DNA of 64,000 nt from NCBI GenBank assembly GCA_019057385.1, contig JAHQJS010000006.1, positions 224,001-288,000 of the forward strand, read 5' to 3'. Position 1 is the stretch's first letter, and each line of letters opens with the position of its first letter. The notes below the pieces were generated by a model. That model did no database searches. It was not told where the DNA came from and worked only from the letters and a program-made list of their open reading frames with translations. This document shows, in pieces, positions 1-10,284 of this stretch. Source of the DNA: Candidatus Borrarchaeum weybense. GTDB taxonomy: Archaea > Asgardarchaeota > Sifarchaeia > Borrarchaeales > Borrarchaeaceae. The position numbers were made by a program, and so were the translations under genes.

Positions 1-1493
1 TTAAAGATGAACTGGTTACTAATGATGGAGCAACAATCATGGAGAAGGTAAACCTTAAGCACCCCATTGCCAAATTAATGACGTATGTAGCAAAAACACA
101 GGATCTAGAAACTGGGGACGGTACAACCACGGCAGTTATATTAATAGGAGAATTGCTCAAACAGGCGGAATCTTTGCTGGAACAAAAAATTCATCCAACA
201 AAAATTGCAGACGGATATACTTTGGCGTTAGCAAAAGCGCTAGAACTTCTCAAAACAAATTCAATAAAAATTGATCCAGATGATGACGAGCTCTTGGAAA
301 AAATAGCGGTAACTTCAATTAATAGCAAGAACGTTGTAATTGATCTTCTCGCAAGAATTGCAGCAAAAGCAGTGAAAGGTGTGATGACCCACAGAAATGG
401 TAAACCATACATTGATACTGAATATATTGAGATTGAAAAAAAATCTGGCAAGAGTTTAAGGGAATCCGAGTTAATAAAGGGTCTTATAATTAATAGAGGC
501 GCAGAACGAGACGACATGCCAAAAAAGATGGAACATCTAAGGATCGCGGTGATTAACCAGGAATTTGATGTACCCAAGTCAAAAACTGATGCAAAGATAA
601 GAATCAACTCTCCCGAACAGATGGCGACATTTCTGAATCAAGAGTACCGATTAATTAAGGGAATGGTAGATAAGCTAGTGGAAGCAGGTGCAAACGTTTT
701 ATTAACCCAGAAAGAGATCGACCCAGTAGCTGCTGATTTAATGGCGCGAGCTGGTATGGTGGGACTAAAAAACTTGCGTCGGAGATATATGCCTAAAATT
801 GCAAAGGCTGTAGGGGCTACAATCGTCAATACTGTAAACGAAATTACCCCAGAAGACTTAGGGGCTGCCGATCTACTCGAAATAAAAGTTATAGAAGATA
901 GATATGTGACCTTCATAACAGGTTGCAAAGATTCAAAAACCATGACAATTCTTTTGCGAGGCTCTGGGAAACATATGATGGAAGAGGCAGAACGGTCCCT
1001 TCGGGATGCTATGTATGTTGTTAAAGACGTTATAGAAGATGAATTTGTTGCAGTCGGCGGAGGTGCGATTGAAGAGTCCATTGCAAGTGGACTACGCGAT
1101 TACGCCCGGTCGATAGGAGGACGCGAACAATTTGCTGTGGAGGCTTTCGCAAAAGCCCTAGAAATAGTGCCAAAAACCCTCGCCGAGAACGGTGGCTATG
1201 ACGCCATATCACTTTTAGCACAATTGCGGGCAAAACATCACGAAGAAAATGGTAAATACTATGGTATGAACCCTTTTACTGGCAAAATTGAAAATATGTA
1301 TGAGAATGGTGTATTAGAGCCCGTGCGCGTAAAATTGCAGGCTATCTCCTCCGCAACAGAAGCTGCAGTAACAGTGCTACGCATCGATGAAATATTAGCA
1401 GCAAGACGCTTCGAAGATTATGCAAAAGACCTAGCCCAAACCGGTGAATTGTCTGAAGAGCATGACACATTTGAGTCAGTGCCATCATTGTAG
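1..1493 (+). CDS. ths: Thermosome (group II chaperonin) subunit, 5'-truncated by the window edge
   Basis: Frame is open from position 3 (KDELVTNDGATIM). Motifs TNDGATI, GDGTTTAV, GGGAIE and ALEIVPKTLAENGG. Confidence 0.93.
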   Translation, partial: KDELVTNDGATIMEKVNLKHPIAKLMTYVAKTQDLETGDGTTTAVILIGELLKQAESLLEQKIHPTKIADGYTLALAKALELLKTNSIKIDPDDDELLEKIAVTSINSKNVVIDLLARIAAKAVKGVMTHRNGKPYIDTEYIEIEKKSGKSLRESELIKGLIINRGAERDDMPKKMEHLRIAVINQEFDVPKSKTDAKIRINSPEQMATFLNQEYRLIKGMVDKLVEAGANVLLTQKEIDPVAADLMARAGMVGLKNLRRRYMPKIAKAVGATIVNTVNEITPEDLGAADLLEIKVIEDRYVTFITGCKDSKTMTILLRGSGKHMMEEAERSLRDAMYVVKDVIEDEFVAVGGGAIEESIASGLRDYARSIGGREQFAVEAFAKALEIVPKTLAENGGYDAISLLAQLRAKHHEENGKYYGMNPFTGKIENMYENGVLEPVRVKLQAISSATEAAVTVLRIDEILAARRFEDYAKDLAQTGELSEEHDTFESVPSL

Positions 1494-1533
1494 TAGTTAC
1501 CGAGAAGAATAACCGTGCTGTTTTTAATGATCC

Positions 1534-2121
1534 TTACTCAATTTTTACTAGAACATCACCAGAACTGACTTTTTCTCCCTTGGTGACCTTTAGTTCTTTT
1601 ATAGTACCAGATTTTGGAGCACGAATTTCATTTTCCATTTTCATTGCTTCTATAATCAGTAGAACATCCCCTTGACTTACAGAATCGCCAGGATTAATCT
1701 TTATTGACACGACTGTGCCAACCAACGGAGCTTTTACTATACCCTCTGCAGCACCTTCTACACCATCATTAGAATTCATTAAATGTGTCGTGTCGGAATC
1801 GATATAATTGATATGAGCGGAAGAAATTTGATCTTTTGCTATAATTGGGACGGCATTCACAGTATGGGGTTTTCCGTCAAGTAAAATCGAAAATGATGAA
1901 CGATGAACATCTGATTGTTCCAACTCAACAAGATGTGCTTTATTGTCAATTACAACAGAAAAAATTGAACATTCAGTATCCAAATTCTCCAATTCTAAAT
2001 TCTTTTTGATTTTGCTTCCGCTTTCTGTTTCTATAACAACGGAGATTAAACCACCATCTGTTTCTTCAAGTTCAATAAGATAAGTTTTTTCATGTACTTG
2101 AAGCTTATATTTTTTGTTCAC
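1534..2121 (-). CDS. Biotin carboxyl carrier protein of acyl-CoA carboxylase
   Basis: EAMKMENEI biotinylation motif in a C-terminal biotinyl domain; directly downstream of the carboxyltransferase. Confidence 0.93.
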   Translation of the reverse strand: MNKKYKLQVHEKTYLIELEETDGGLISVVIETESGSKIKKNLELENLDTECSIFSVVIDNKAHLVELEQSDVHRSSFSILLDGKPHTVNAVPIIAKDQISSAHINYIDSDTTHLMNSNDGVEGAAEGIVKAPLVGTVVSIKINPGDSVSQGDVLLIIEAMKMENEIRAPKSGTIKELKVTKGEKVSSGDVLVKIE

Positions 2122-2153
2122 GGTGTATCAGTCCCTTCTAAAAACATTAAAGT

Positions 2154-3701
2154 TTACAACGGTATGTTTCCATGTTTTTTAGGTGGTAAAGTTTCTCTTT
2201 TCCCACTTAGCATCTCTAGCGCCTTTATAAGAACTGGTCTCGTATTCTTGGGTTCAATGACAGCATCTATAAAACCTTTTGCAGCAGCGATATATGGGTG
2301 GGCAAAGGTTTTTCTAAATTCTTCAATCTTTTGTTGTCTCATTGCTTCTTGATCTTTTGCCGCTTTTATTTCTTTCCTGAAGATAATATTTGCCGCTCCT
2401 TCAGCTCCCATAACTGCGATTTCGCTCATGGGCCATGCAAAAACTTGATCTGCTTTCAAGTGTTTTGATCCCATAACCACATATGCGCCACCATATCCCT
2501 TTCGAGTGATTACTGTAATCAATGGAACGGTAGCTTCCGCATATGCGTAAAGGATTTTCGCACCATGGCGAATAATGCCTCCCCATTCCTGCGCGGTACC
2601 CGGTAAAAAGCCCGGAACATCCATGAATGTCACAACTGGGACGTTAAATGCATCACAAAAACGAACAAATCGTGCTATTTTATCTGAGGCATTAATGTCG
2701 AGCGTTCCTGCAAGATAATTCGGTTGATTAGCTACTACACCAATGGAACGTCCATTCAGCCTAGCAAAACCCACAACTGCATTCTGTGCAAAGAATGGGT
2801 GTACCTCAAAAAAATCACCAAGATCAACCACCTTTCGAATGATTTCTTTGATGTCATACGGTTTCGTGGGAACATCAGGAATAATAGTATCCAATTCTTC
2901 GTCGATTCTATTGGGGTCATCACCAGTATCAATTATAGGTGGATCCTCTAAGTTATTTGAAGGAAGATAACTCAATAACTTCCTAATCATTTCCATGCAT
3001 TCTTTCTCATCTTTTGAAATGAATTGTGCGACACCGCTGCGCGAGTTATGAACCATAGCGCCACCTAACTCTTGATGAGTTACTTCTTCTCCCGTTACAG
3101 CTTTAATGACATCTGGTCCGGTAATAAACATATTACTAGTCTGATCAACCATAAATGTGAAATCGGTCACGACGGGTGAGTAAACTGCACCGCCGGCACA
3201 AGGACCTAAGATTGCAGAAATCTGTGGAATAACTCCCGAAGCGATGACATTCCTCCAAAAGATATCACCGTAGCCTCCTAAACTTGATACACCCTCCTGA
3301 ATCCTAGCTCCTCCACAATCATTGAGACCAATGACAGGTGCTCCAACCTCAAGCGCATGATCCATGATTTTGCAGACTTTAAGAGCAAACATTTCTCCTA
3401 GTGCCCCACCCCAGGAAGTGAAGTCTTGGGAAAAGATGAAAATCAAACGTCCATCAATCGTTCCATAACCCGTAACTACACCATCACCAAGTATTTTCCT
3501 TTTTTCCATCCCAAAATCTGTGCTACGGTGGGTAACTAACATATCCGTTTCGACAAATGAATTAGGATCTAAGAGTAATTCTATCCTCTCACGAGCCGTC
3601 AATTTACCTTGTTTATGTTGTCTTTCAATTCGTTCTTTTCCGCCTAATAGTTTTGCAGCTTCTATTTTTTCCGATAATTCCTTGAATCTGTCGTTAGACA
3701 T
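2154..3701 (-). CDS. pccB: Propionyl-CoA carboxylase / methylmalonyl-CoA carboxyltransferase beta subunit
   Basis: [36 protein letters not shown] and KKHGNIPL. Start placed at MSNDRF (3701) after a GGAGG SD; the ORF track starts at 3731. Confidence 0.93.
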   Translation of the reverse strand: MSNDRFKELSEKIEAAKLLGGKERIERQHKQGKLTARERIELLLDPNSFVETDMLVTHRSTDFGMEKRKILGDGVVTGYGTIDGRLIFIFSQDFTSWGGALGEMFALKVCKIMDHALEVGAPVIGLNDCGGARIQEGVSSLGGYGDIFWRNVIASGVIPQISAILGPCAGGAVYSPVVTDFTFMVDQTSNMFITGPDVIKAVTGEEVTHQELGGAMVHNSRSGVAQFISKDEKECMEMIRKLLSYLPSNNLEDPPIIDTGDDPNRIDEELDTIIPDVPTKPYDIKEIIRKVVDLGDFFEVHPFFAQNAVVGFARLNGRSIGVVANQPNYLAGTLDINASDKIARFVRFCDAFNVPVVTFMDVPGFLPGTAQEWGGIIRHGAKILYAYAEATVPLITVITRKGYGGAYVVMGSKHLKADQVFAWPMSEIAVMGAEGAANIIFRKEIKAAKDQEAMRQQKIEEFRKTFAHPYIAAAKGFIDAVIEPKNTRPVLIKALEMLSGKRETLPPKKHGNIPL

Positions 3702-3896
3702 TAAGCATCCTCCATTGAACTCTAAGTCCATGTATTTCGGGCATTCTTAAGTTGTAACGCAGTATCCTTATATATTAATTGTTGAAAAAACTGAGCAATG
3801 GACTTCATAGTTGTTTAAACTAAAAACACAGAACAAGAAGAGGATAAAAGATTTACACTATAGAGGGTAAACTGTTAATTATCTAGATTAACGTCC

Positions 3897-4226
3897 TTAG
3901 ATCCATCTTCTTCGCTTTTTCTTTGAGATATAAGTCAATAATGCGCCCATTCCCAACCCAACTATTGCTCCTAATACAGGCGCTTCAGTAGTAGAGATCC
4001 ATATACCTTCTAATCTTTCTTCACATTTTGGACATTTAGTATAATAGGATTTTATATCGAATCCATGCATTTCAGTATTGCACTTTGGGCATTTTTTATG
4101 ATCTTTAAGTTCCCCCACACCGCTCTCCATTAATAAACTCTTAGCCTCTTGAAGAATTTCATATTCTTCATTCGAAACTCTTAGAGTTTTTTCACGCATA
4201 GAAACCCCCCAATTATTCGCGCGCAT
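3897..4226 (-). CDS. Small hypothetical protein: RHH-like N-terminus, CPKC...CPKC zinc ribbon, C-terminal TM helix and basic tail
   Basis: Two CPKC motifs; hydrophobic APVLGAIVGLGMGALLTYI followed by KKKRRR. Confidence 0.65.
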   Translation of the reverse strand: MRANNWGVSMREKTLRVSNEEYEILQEAKSLLMESGVGELKDHKKCPKCNTEMHGFDIKSYYTKCPKCEERLEGIWISTTEAPVLGAIVGLGMGALLTYISKKKRRRWI

Positions 4227-4360
4227 ATTAGTAGACTATTGTATACGGCAGTGTACCTATATATAATTATGGCACCTTTGAAATTATTATTAAAATGGAG
4301 GGCTCTCTGAGTCAGAAATTTTCGCCCATTTTTACTGAGATCACGAAAGCCTATAATTTT

Positions 4361-5170
4361 TCATTTTTGTCTACGAATCGAAACATCGCCAGAAAAAATT
4401 TTTTCGAAAGAGCCATTATCAAGTTTAAGAATTAATGCACCACTAGCTTGATCTACATCTATCGCTTTTCCGTCAATTATTCTATTATCCATATAGACAC
4501 GTACATCTTCATTTAAAATACAGGATAATTCTTTCCACTCTTCTAGAATAGGAGAAAATCCCTTTTCTAGAAAAACTAAATACGATCTTTCAAATTCATT
4601 TAATAAACACGTGATGAATTCATTGCGATTAACAGATTCTTTTAATTCACTCTTAAGAGTTGTTGCAGTTTTCTGAATTTCAGCGGGTAATTTGTCTTTG
4701 TTAAAATTTGCATTTATTCCAATCCCTACAACAACGTAATGAAGTACATCCGTTTCGGATTCCATTTCAGTTAAGATACCACAGATCTTTCTATTGCTAA
4801 CTAAAACGTCGTTAGGCCACTTAATTTTTGCATCTAAACCTAAATTTCGAATGGCAGTAGCAACTGCTATTGCACCAATGAATGTTAGTTTTGGCGCTTC
4901 TTGAGGAGCCAGTCTTGGTCGCAATATTAAAGAAAGCCATATGCCTCCTGGAGGGGATTGCCAAACCCTCCCAAGACGTCCTCTGCCACTGGTTTGAGTT
5001 TCAGCTAGAACTAATAATCCTTCTAAAGCACCTTTTCTCGCTAATTCTTTAGCAATATCATTGGTTGATCCGGTTTCATCGAAATAGCGTATTTCCCTGC
5101 CAATAAATTCTGTACGAAGTCTATCCTTTATGATGTCTGGTGACAAAAAGTCATTCGTCAATGAAATCAC
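4361..5170 (-). CDS. birA: Biotin--protein ligase
   Basis: STND, QTSGRGRLGR, IKWPND, KICGIL and GIGIN motifs. Confidence 0.95.
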   Translation of the reverse strand: MISLTNDFLSPDIIKDRLRTEFIGREIRYFDETGSTNDIAKELARKGALEGLLVLAETQTSGRGRLGRVWQSPPGGIWLSLILRPRLAPQEAPKLTFIGAIAVATAIRNLGLDAKIKWPNDVLVSNRKICGILTEMESETDVLHYVVVGIGINANFNKDKLPAEIQKTATTLKSELKESVNRNEFITCLLNEFERSYLVFLEKGFSPILEEWKELSCILNEDVRVYMDNRIIDGKAIDVDQASGALILKLDNGSFEKIFSGDVSIRRQK

Positions 5171-5182
5171 TAGTCGTATTTG

Positions 5183-5605
5183 CTACTGATCTTCAACTTC
5201 TTTTTCGCAGAGTTCTATAAGCACGCCCTTCATCGCCTTCGGATGTATAAACGCTATTTTGGAATTATGAGCGCCTTTCCTTGGTGTTTCGTCAACCAAT
5301 CTTATTCCTTTCTCCTTTAATTCATTCAAGCGTGCTTGAATATCCGGCACTCTTATGGATATATGGTGAATACCTTCGCCTTTTTTTTCGATAAATTTAG
5401 CTACAGGTCCCTCATTTCCTATAGCTTCTAATAATTCAAGATTTACCGAGCCACAGGGAATAAACGCTGTTGTAACCTTTTGTTCTTCAACCGCCTCAAT
5501 TGACTCGACTTTCAACCCTAAAGCCTCATAGACTTTAATTGCATCCTTTAGATTTTTTACTGCGATTCCAATATGTTCAAGCTCACAACTATTTTGTTCT
5601 TTCAT
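5183..5605 (-). CDS. mce: Methylmalonyl-CoA epimerase
   Basis: HIGIAV, LELLE, GEGIHHI and AFIHPK...GVLIELCE (VOC fold); mutase context. Confidence 0.93.
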   Translation of the reverse strand: MKEQNSCELEHIGIAVKNLKDAIKVYEALGLKVESIEAVEEQKVTTAFIPCGSVNLELLEAIGNEGPVAKFIEKKGEGIHHISIRVPDIQARLNELKEKGIRLVDETPRKGAHNSKIAFIHPKAMKGVLIELCEKEVEDQ

Positions 5606-5634
5606 GAAAGCACCTTTTGATAAATCAGAATTTG

Positions 5635-6180
5635 CTAATACTCAATTCCTTTCCGCGCCTTAACCCCCACCGCTAGGGGATGTTTAATATTAAGCATTTC
5701 TGTAACAAGATCGGCAACTTTGACGATTTCTGGAGGAGCACCTCTCCCGGTCAAGATTAATTCTACATTTGGGGGCTTTCCTTCAATTAGTTTAAGCACT
5801 GACCCAACATCTGCTAGTTTTAGATCAATAGCCTCATTGATCTCATCTAGAATCACAATGTCAAATTTTTCACTAAGCAGAATCTTTCGAACACGCTGAA
5901 GGGCTTTTTTAATCGTCTGCATGTCAGACTCTTTCGGTTGCTCACCATTCTGAAAAAATCTTGAAGGCCCAAACTGCTCTATTACAAAATTTTCTAATTT
6001 GTTTGCCACATTGAATTCTCCCACAGAGGATTTCTTTAAAAAACATCCCATATATACCCTTAAGCCATGACCAATAGCACGTAGGGCCTGGCCAAGTGCT
6101 GAAGTTGTTTTTCCGCGCCCATGTCCAGTATAAACCTGAACTAATCCTTTTGTTAATCCTTTTCTTGAAATAGCTAACAT
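5635..6180 (-). CDS. cobO: Cob(I)yrinic acid a,c-diamide adenosyltransferase (CobO/BtuR type)
   Basis: VQVYTGHGRGKTTSALG, ILDEIN, LILTGR, ADLVTEM and ARKGIEY. Confidence 0.92.
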   Translation of the reverse strand: MLAISRKGLTKGLVQVYTGHGRGKTTSALGQALRAIGHGLRVYMGCFLKKSSVGEFNVANKLENFVIEQFGPSRFFQNGEQPKESDMQTIKKALQRVRKILLSEKFDIVILDEINEAIDLKLADVGSVLKLIEGKPPNVELILTGRGAPPEIVKVADLVTEMLNIKHPLAVGVKARKGIEY

Positions 6181-6197
6181 CTCCCCTATATATTGTG

Positions 6198-7889
6198 TTA
6201 AATAATTTCAGTGGCTGTGTATTCCCCAAATACGTCTCTCAATGTATCACAAATCTCACCCAGAGTTGCATATGCCTTTACAGCATCTATTATGCAGGTC
6301 ATAAGGTTTTCATCACTTCTGGCGATTCTTTTAATCTCATTTAGGCTGTCTTGTACTTTTAAATTGTCCCTTTCTTTCTTTATTTTTGCTAATCTTTGAT
6401 GCTGTATTTTTTCAACCTCTGGATCAACACGAAGAATTTCTATTTCAGGTTCTTCTCCGATTATAAATTCGTTCACACCCACAGTAATCCGTTTTTTAGA
6501 CTCAATCTCTTTCTGATACCGATAAGCACTATCGTGAATTTCTTTCTGAATAAATCCGCGTTCAACGGCTACCACAGCACCGCCCATCTCGTCAATTTTT
6601 TCGATATATTCCATTGCACGTCTTTCAATCTCATTTGTCATCGTTTCCATGTAATATGACCCTGCAAGGGGATCTATAGTTAAAGCCACTCCGCTCTCAT
6701 GAGCAATTATTTGTTGCGTTTTCAACGCAATCTGTGCAGCTTTTTCTGAGGGTAATGCTAGTGCTTCATCCATTGAATTTGTGTGGAGTGATTGAGTACC
6801 ACCACAGGCAGCAGCCAATGCTTGTATGGTTACTCTAACTATATTATTTTCTGGTTGTTGGGCTGTTAGACTGCATCCCGCTGTTTGAGTATGGAATCTC
6901 ATTTGCCAGGATCTTGGATTTTTAGCCCCAAAACGGTCTCGCATGATTCGTGCCCACAGACGCCTTGCCGCCCTAAACTTAGCGATTTCCTCAAAAAAAT
7001 CATTATGAGAACACCAGAAAAAACTAAGACGCCTAGCGAATGTATCGAGTTCTAAGCCTTTTTTGATGGCAGCTTCAACATATGCTATAGCGTTCGCTAA
7101 AGTAAACGCCACTTCTTGGATTGCTGTACATCCCGCCTCCCGCATATGATACCCTGAGATTGAGATGGTATTCCATTTGGGCATTTTATTCCATTTTGAG
7201 CAGTATTCAAAAACATCAGTGATCAACCGCATGCTTGGTCGAGGTGGGAAAATATACGTACCTCGAGCAGAGTATTCCTTCAAAATATCATTTTGTATTG
7301 TACCCGCTAACTTATCTTGGGATATGCCTTGCACTTCAGCTACTGCAATATACATAGCGAGCAAAACAGATGCTGGTGCATTAATCGTCATAGAAGTGCT
7401 TACTTTTTCAAGTGGAATTCCCTCAAAAAGAGTTTCCATGTCTTTTAGAGTATCGATCGCCACTCCAACCTTGCCTACTTCCCCTAGAGCAAGAGGGTGA
7501 TCAGAATCATACCCTATTTGTGTTGGTAAATCAAATGCAACCGATAATCCTGTCTGTCCTTGCTCAAGCAATAACTTAAATCGTTTGTTGGTTTCTTCGG
7601 CTGTGCCAAAACCGCTGTACTGGCGGAAGGTCCAGAGCCGTCCGCGGTACATCGTTGGCTGGATGCCTCGCGTGTAGGGGTATTCACCTGGGAAACCAAT
7701 ATCTACGACATAATCAGAACCTAGCAAATCAAGAGGCGTATATAAGCGGTTAACCTGTGAACTTGAGGTAGTAACAAACTCTTCCGCACGCTCAGGGTAC
7801 TTATCAAGTAAAGGGTTCAAAGTTTTGTTTTCCCATTCTTTCTTTCGAGCCTTTATCTCATTTATTTTTTCTTGTCCAGATTGCGTCAA
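6198..7889 (-). CDS. Methylmalonyl-CoA mutase, substrate-binding (large) subunit
   Basis: [37 protein letters not shown] and [10 protein letters not shown]. Confidence 0.95.
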   Translation of the reverse strand: MTQSGQEKINEIKARKKEWENKTLNPLLDKYPERAEEFVTTSSSQVNRLYTPLDLLGSDYVVDIGFPGEYPYTRGIQPTMYRGRLWTFRQYSGFGTAEETNKRFKLLLEQGQTGLSVAFDLPTQIGYDSDHPLALGEVGKVGVAIDTLKDMETLFEGIPLEKVSTSMTINAPASVLLAMYIAVAEVQGISQDKLAGTIQNDILKEYSARGTYIFPPRPSMRLITDVFEYCSKWNKMPKWNTISISGYHMREAGCTAIQEVAFTLANAIAYVEAAIKKGLELDTFARRLSFFWCSHNDFFEEIAKFRAARRLWARIMRDRFGAKNPRSWQMRFHTQTAGCSLTAQQPENNIVRVTIQALAAACGGTQSLHTNSMDEALALPSEKAAQIALKTQQIIAHESGVALTIDPLAGSYYMETMTNEIERRAMEYIEKIDEMGGAVVAVERGFIQKEIHDSAYRYQKEIESKKRITVGVNEFIIGEEPEIEILRVDPEVEKIQHQRLAKIKKERDNLKVQDSLNEIKRIARSDENLMTCIIDAVKAYATLGEICDTLRDVFGEYTATEII

Positions 7890-7891
7890 TT

Positions 7892-8311
7892 TTATCCCTC
7901 TTGAAATTTCACTTTTAATACTTTTGTTAAATGCTCAATAATGACTTTTGTAGGAGTTCCAGGCCCAAATATGTTAGAAATGCCTATCTTGTTCAATTCA
8001 GGAATATCCTCCTTTGGAATAATTCCTCCAGCAAAAACGAGCAGTTGATCTGCCAGACCTTCTTTCTTTAGTAATTCCATTATTCTTGGAAATAACTGCA
8101 TATGTGCTCCAGAAAGGATACTGAGTCCAACTGCTTGTACATCTTCATGTAGGGCAGCTTGAACAATTTGTTCAGGTGTTTGACGGATGCCTGTGTAGAT
8201 GACCTCCATACCTGCATCTCTCAGTGCTCGAGCAATAATTTTTGCACCGCGGTCGTGGCCATCTAACCCTGGTTTTGCCACAAGAATTCTAAATCTAAAT
8301 GATGCTGACAT
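7892..8311 (-). CDS. Methylmalonyl-CoA mutase, cobalamin-binding (small) subunit
   Basis: [11 protein letters not shown] (DxHxxG), GLSILSGAH and GGIIP. Confidence 0.95.
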   Translation of the reverse strand: MSASFRFRILVAKPGLDGHDRGAKIIARALRDAGMEVIYTGIRQTPEQIVQAALHEDVQAVGLSILSGAHMQLFPRIMELLKKEGLADQLLVFAGGIIPKEDIPELNKIGISNIFGPGTPTKVIIEHLTKVLKVKFQEG

Positions 8312-8549
8312 AAAATCAACCCCGTAAGAGTTTTAATTCCCCATTTTTGCCATGATTCTATCTTTCGACAGAGAAATAATAAATTCCCTATTGTAGAGGT
8401 TATTTATAACTCCCTACGCACAAGATCCCAACAACTTAAATACAATTAAATGCTAGTTCAATAGATTTTGATAAAATCTGCTTCGAACGTGTCGTCTTTC
8501 TGCATATGAGGCTTATGGCTAATCATTACAGACAAAAAACTTTGAATAG

Positions 8550-10163
8550 GTGAAGAAAGGAATGAAAAGACCCTTTGAAAGGATTTTAATTGCAAACCGT
8601 GGAGAAATTGCAGTCCGAGTTATGAGGGCATGCAAAGAACTTGGCATTGAGAGCATAGCAATTTGTTCAGAAGTAGATAGACATGCTCTACACGCCCAAT
8701 ATGCTGATAAGACTAAATGCATTGGAGGTAACGATCTTACTGATAGTTACTTGAACATGGAGAAAATTATCACAGCAGCATTAGAAATGAAGTGCGAGGC
8801 AATTCATCCAGGTTATGGATTTCTAGCAGAAAATGATGCTTTTGCGGCTTTATGTGAAAAAAACGGAATAAAGTTCATCGGACCCAGTAGTAAGGCTATT
8901 GGGAAATTTGGTAATAAAAACGAAGCACGAAAAATGTTGAAGCATGGAGGAGTGCCAATTGTACCCGGAACCAAGGATAAACTTCGAGATTTCGATGAGG
9001 CTAAACGTGTTGCAGAATATATTGGATATCCTGTTATGATAAAGGCCTCAGCAGGCGGAGGAGGAAGGGGTATAAAAATTGCCAATAATGAAAAAGAACT
9101 TGCCGATGCTTTTCATGCTGCACAAGTGGAATCGAAATCTGCGTTTGGTGATGATGAACTTTTTATGGAGAAATACTTGAGAGGTATACGTCATATCGAA
9201 TTTCAAATACTTGCGGATGAGCATGAAAATATAATCCATTTGATGGAAAGGGATTGCTCAGTTCAAAGGAGACATCAAAAATTATTAGAAGAAGCACCTT
9301 CACCTGCCATGACTGAGGAACTAAGAAAACAAGCAGGCGAAACTGCAATCCGCGCAGCAGAAGTAGCAGGGTATACGAATGCAGGAACTGTAGAATTTCT
9401 ATTTGCTGGTGAAGACTTTTATTTTCTGGAAATGAATACTCGCATTCAAGTAGAGCATCCTATTACTGAGGCAATTACAGGAATTGATTTAGTAAAGGAA
9501 CAAATCCATATAGCCGCTGGAGAACCATTAAGATACTCTCAAGCAGACATCAAGATACATGGACATGCTATTGAATGTAGAATCAATGCAGAAGATCCTT
9601 ATGCAAATTTTATCCCGTGTCCTGGGCAAGTCACATACTATTATGCTCCAGGAGGAAATGGTGTTCGAGTAGACAGTGCTATGCGGAGTGGCTATACAAT
9701 TCCACCGTTTTATGACTCACTAATCGCTAAACTAATCGTTTGGGGTGAAAATAGGCAAGAAGCAACAATACGTATGAAACGTGCTTTAGACGAATATGTA
9801 ATAGACGGGGTAACAACTACAATTCCTTTTCATCAAGAATTACTGAACCACGATCGTTTCTTGAGCGGAGATATTTCAACTGATTTTGTTGAAAATGAAT
9901 TTATTTTTAACGGTCGGCCATATAAAGACCAATACGAAGAAGTTGCGATTATCTCTGCAGTTCTATCTAAATATTTACATGAGAATCAGGTATCAAGGTA
10001 TCCTCTCAATGAGAAGTACTTGCCATCTTCATGGAAATTAATGGGTCGTGTAACAGAGTTTCCAGATAGAAATTCACTGCAAAAAAGGCGATTGGTCGGA
10101 AAGGCACAATCTATCTGGAGATTAATGAGAAATTATCGTACTTATGCACGTTTTAGAACTTAA
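8550..10163 (+). CDS. accC: Biotin carboxylase subunit of acyl-CoA carboxylase, with C-terminal extension
   Basis: ILIANRGEIAVR, HPGYGFLAEN, GGGGRG, EMNTRIQVEH and YDSLIAKL. Confidence 0.95.
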   Translation: MKKGMKRPFERILIANRGEIAVRVMRACKELGIESIAICSEVDRHALHAQYADKTKCIGGNDLTDSYLNMEKIITAALEMKCEAIHPGYGFLAENDAFAALCEKNGIKFIGPSSKAIGKFGNKNEARKMLKHGGVPIVPGTKDKLRDFDEAKRVAEYIGYPVMIKASAGGGGRGIKIANNEKELADAFHAAQVESKSAFGDDELFMEKYLRGIRHIEFQILADEHENIIHLMERDCSVQRRHQKLLEEAPSPAMTEELRKQAGETAIRAAEVAGYTNAGTVEFLFAGEDFYFLEMNTRIQVEHPITEAITGIDLVKEQIHIAAGEPLRYSQADIKIHGHAIECRINAEDPYANFIPCPGQVTYYYAPGGNGVRVDSAMRSGYTIPPFYDSLIAKLIVWGENRQEATIRMKRALDEYVIDGVTTTIPFHQELLNHDRFLSGDISTDFVENEFIFNGRPYKDQYEEVAIISAVLSKYLHENQVSRYPLNEKYLPSSWKLMGRVTEFPDRNSLQKRRLVGKAQSIWRLMRNYRTYARFRT

Positions 10164-10284
10164 ACTGTCCTCAACTATCATAAGACTTCCTAAATTACGC
10201 ATTGATCAAAAGAAAAGAACCTTTTACAAAGAAAGCTTCCGATTTCAGTCGCGGAGAGAGTCAATGGAATCTCAGAAGCCAACG

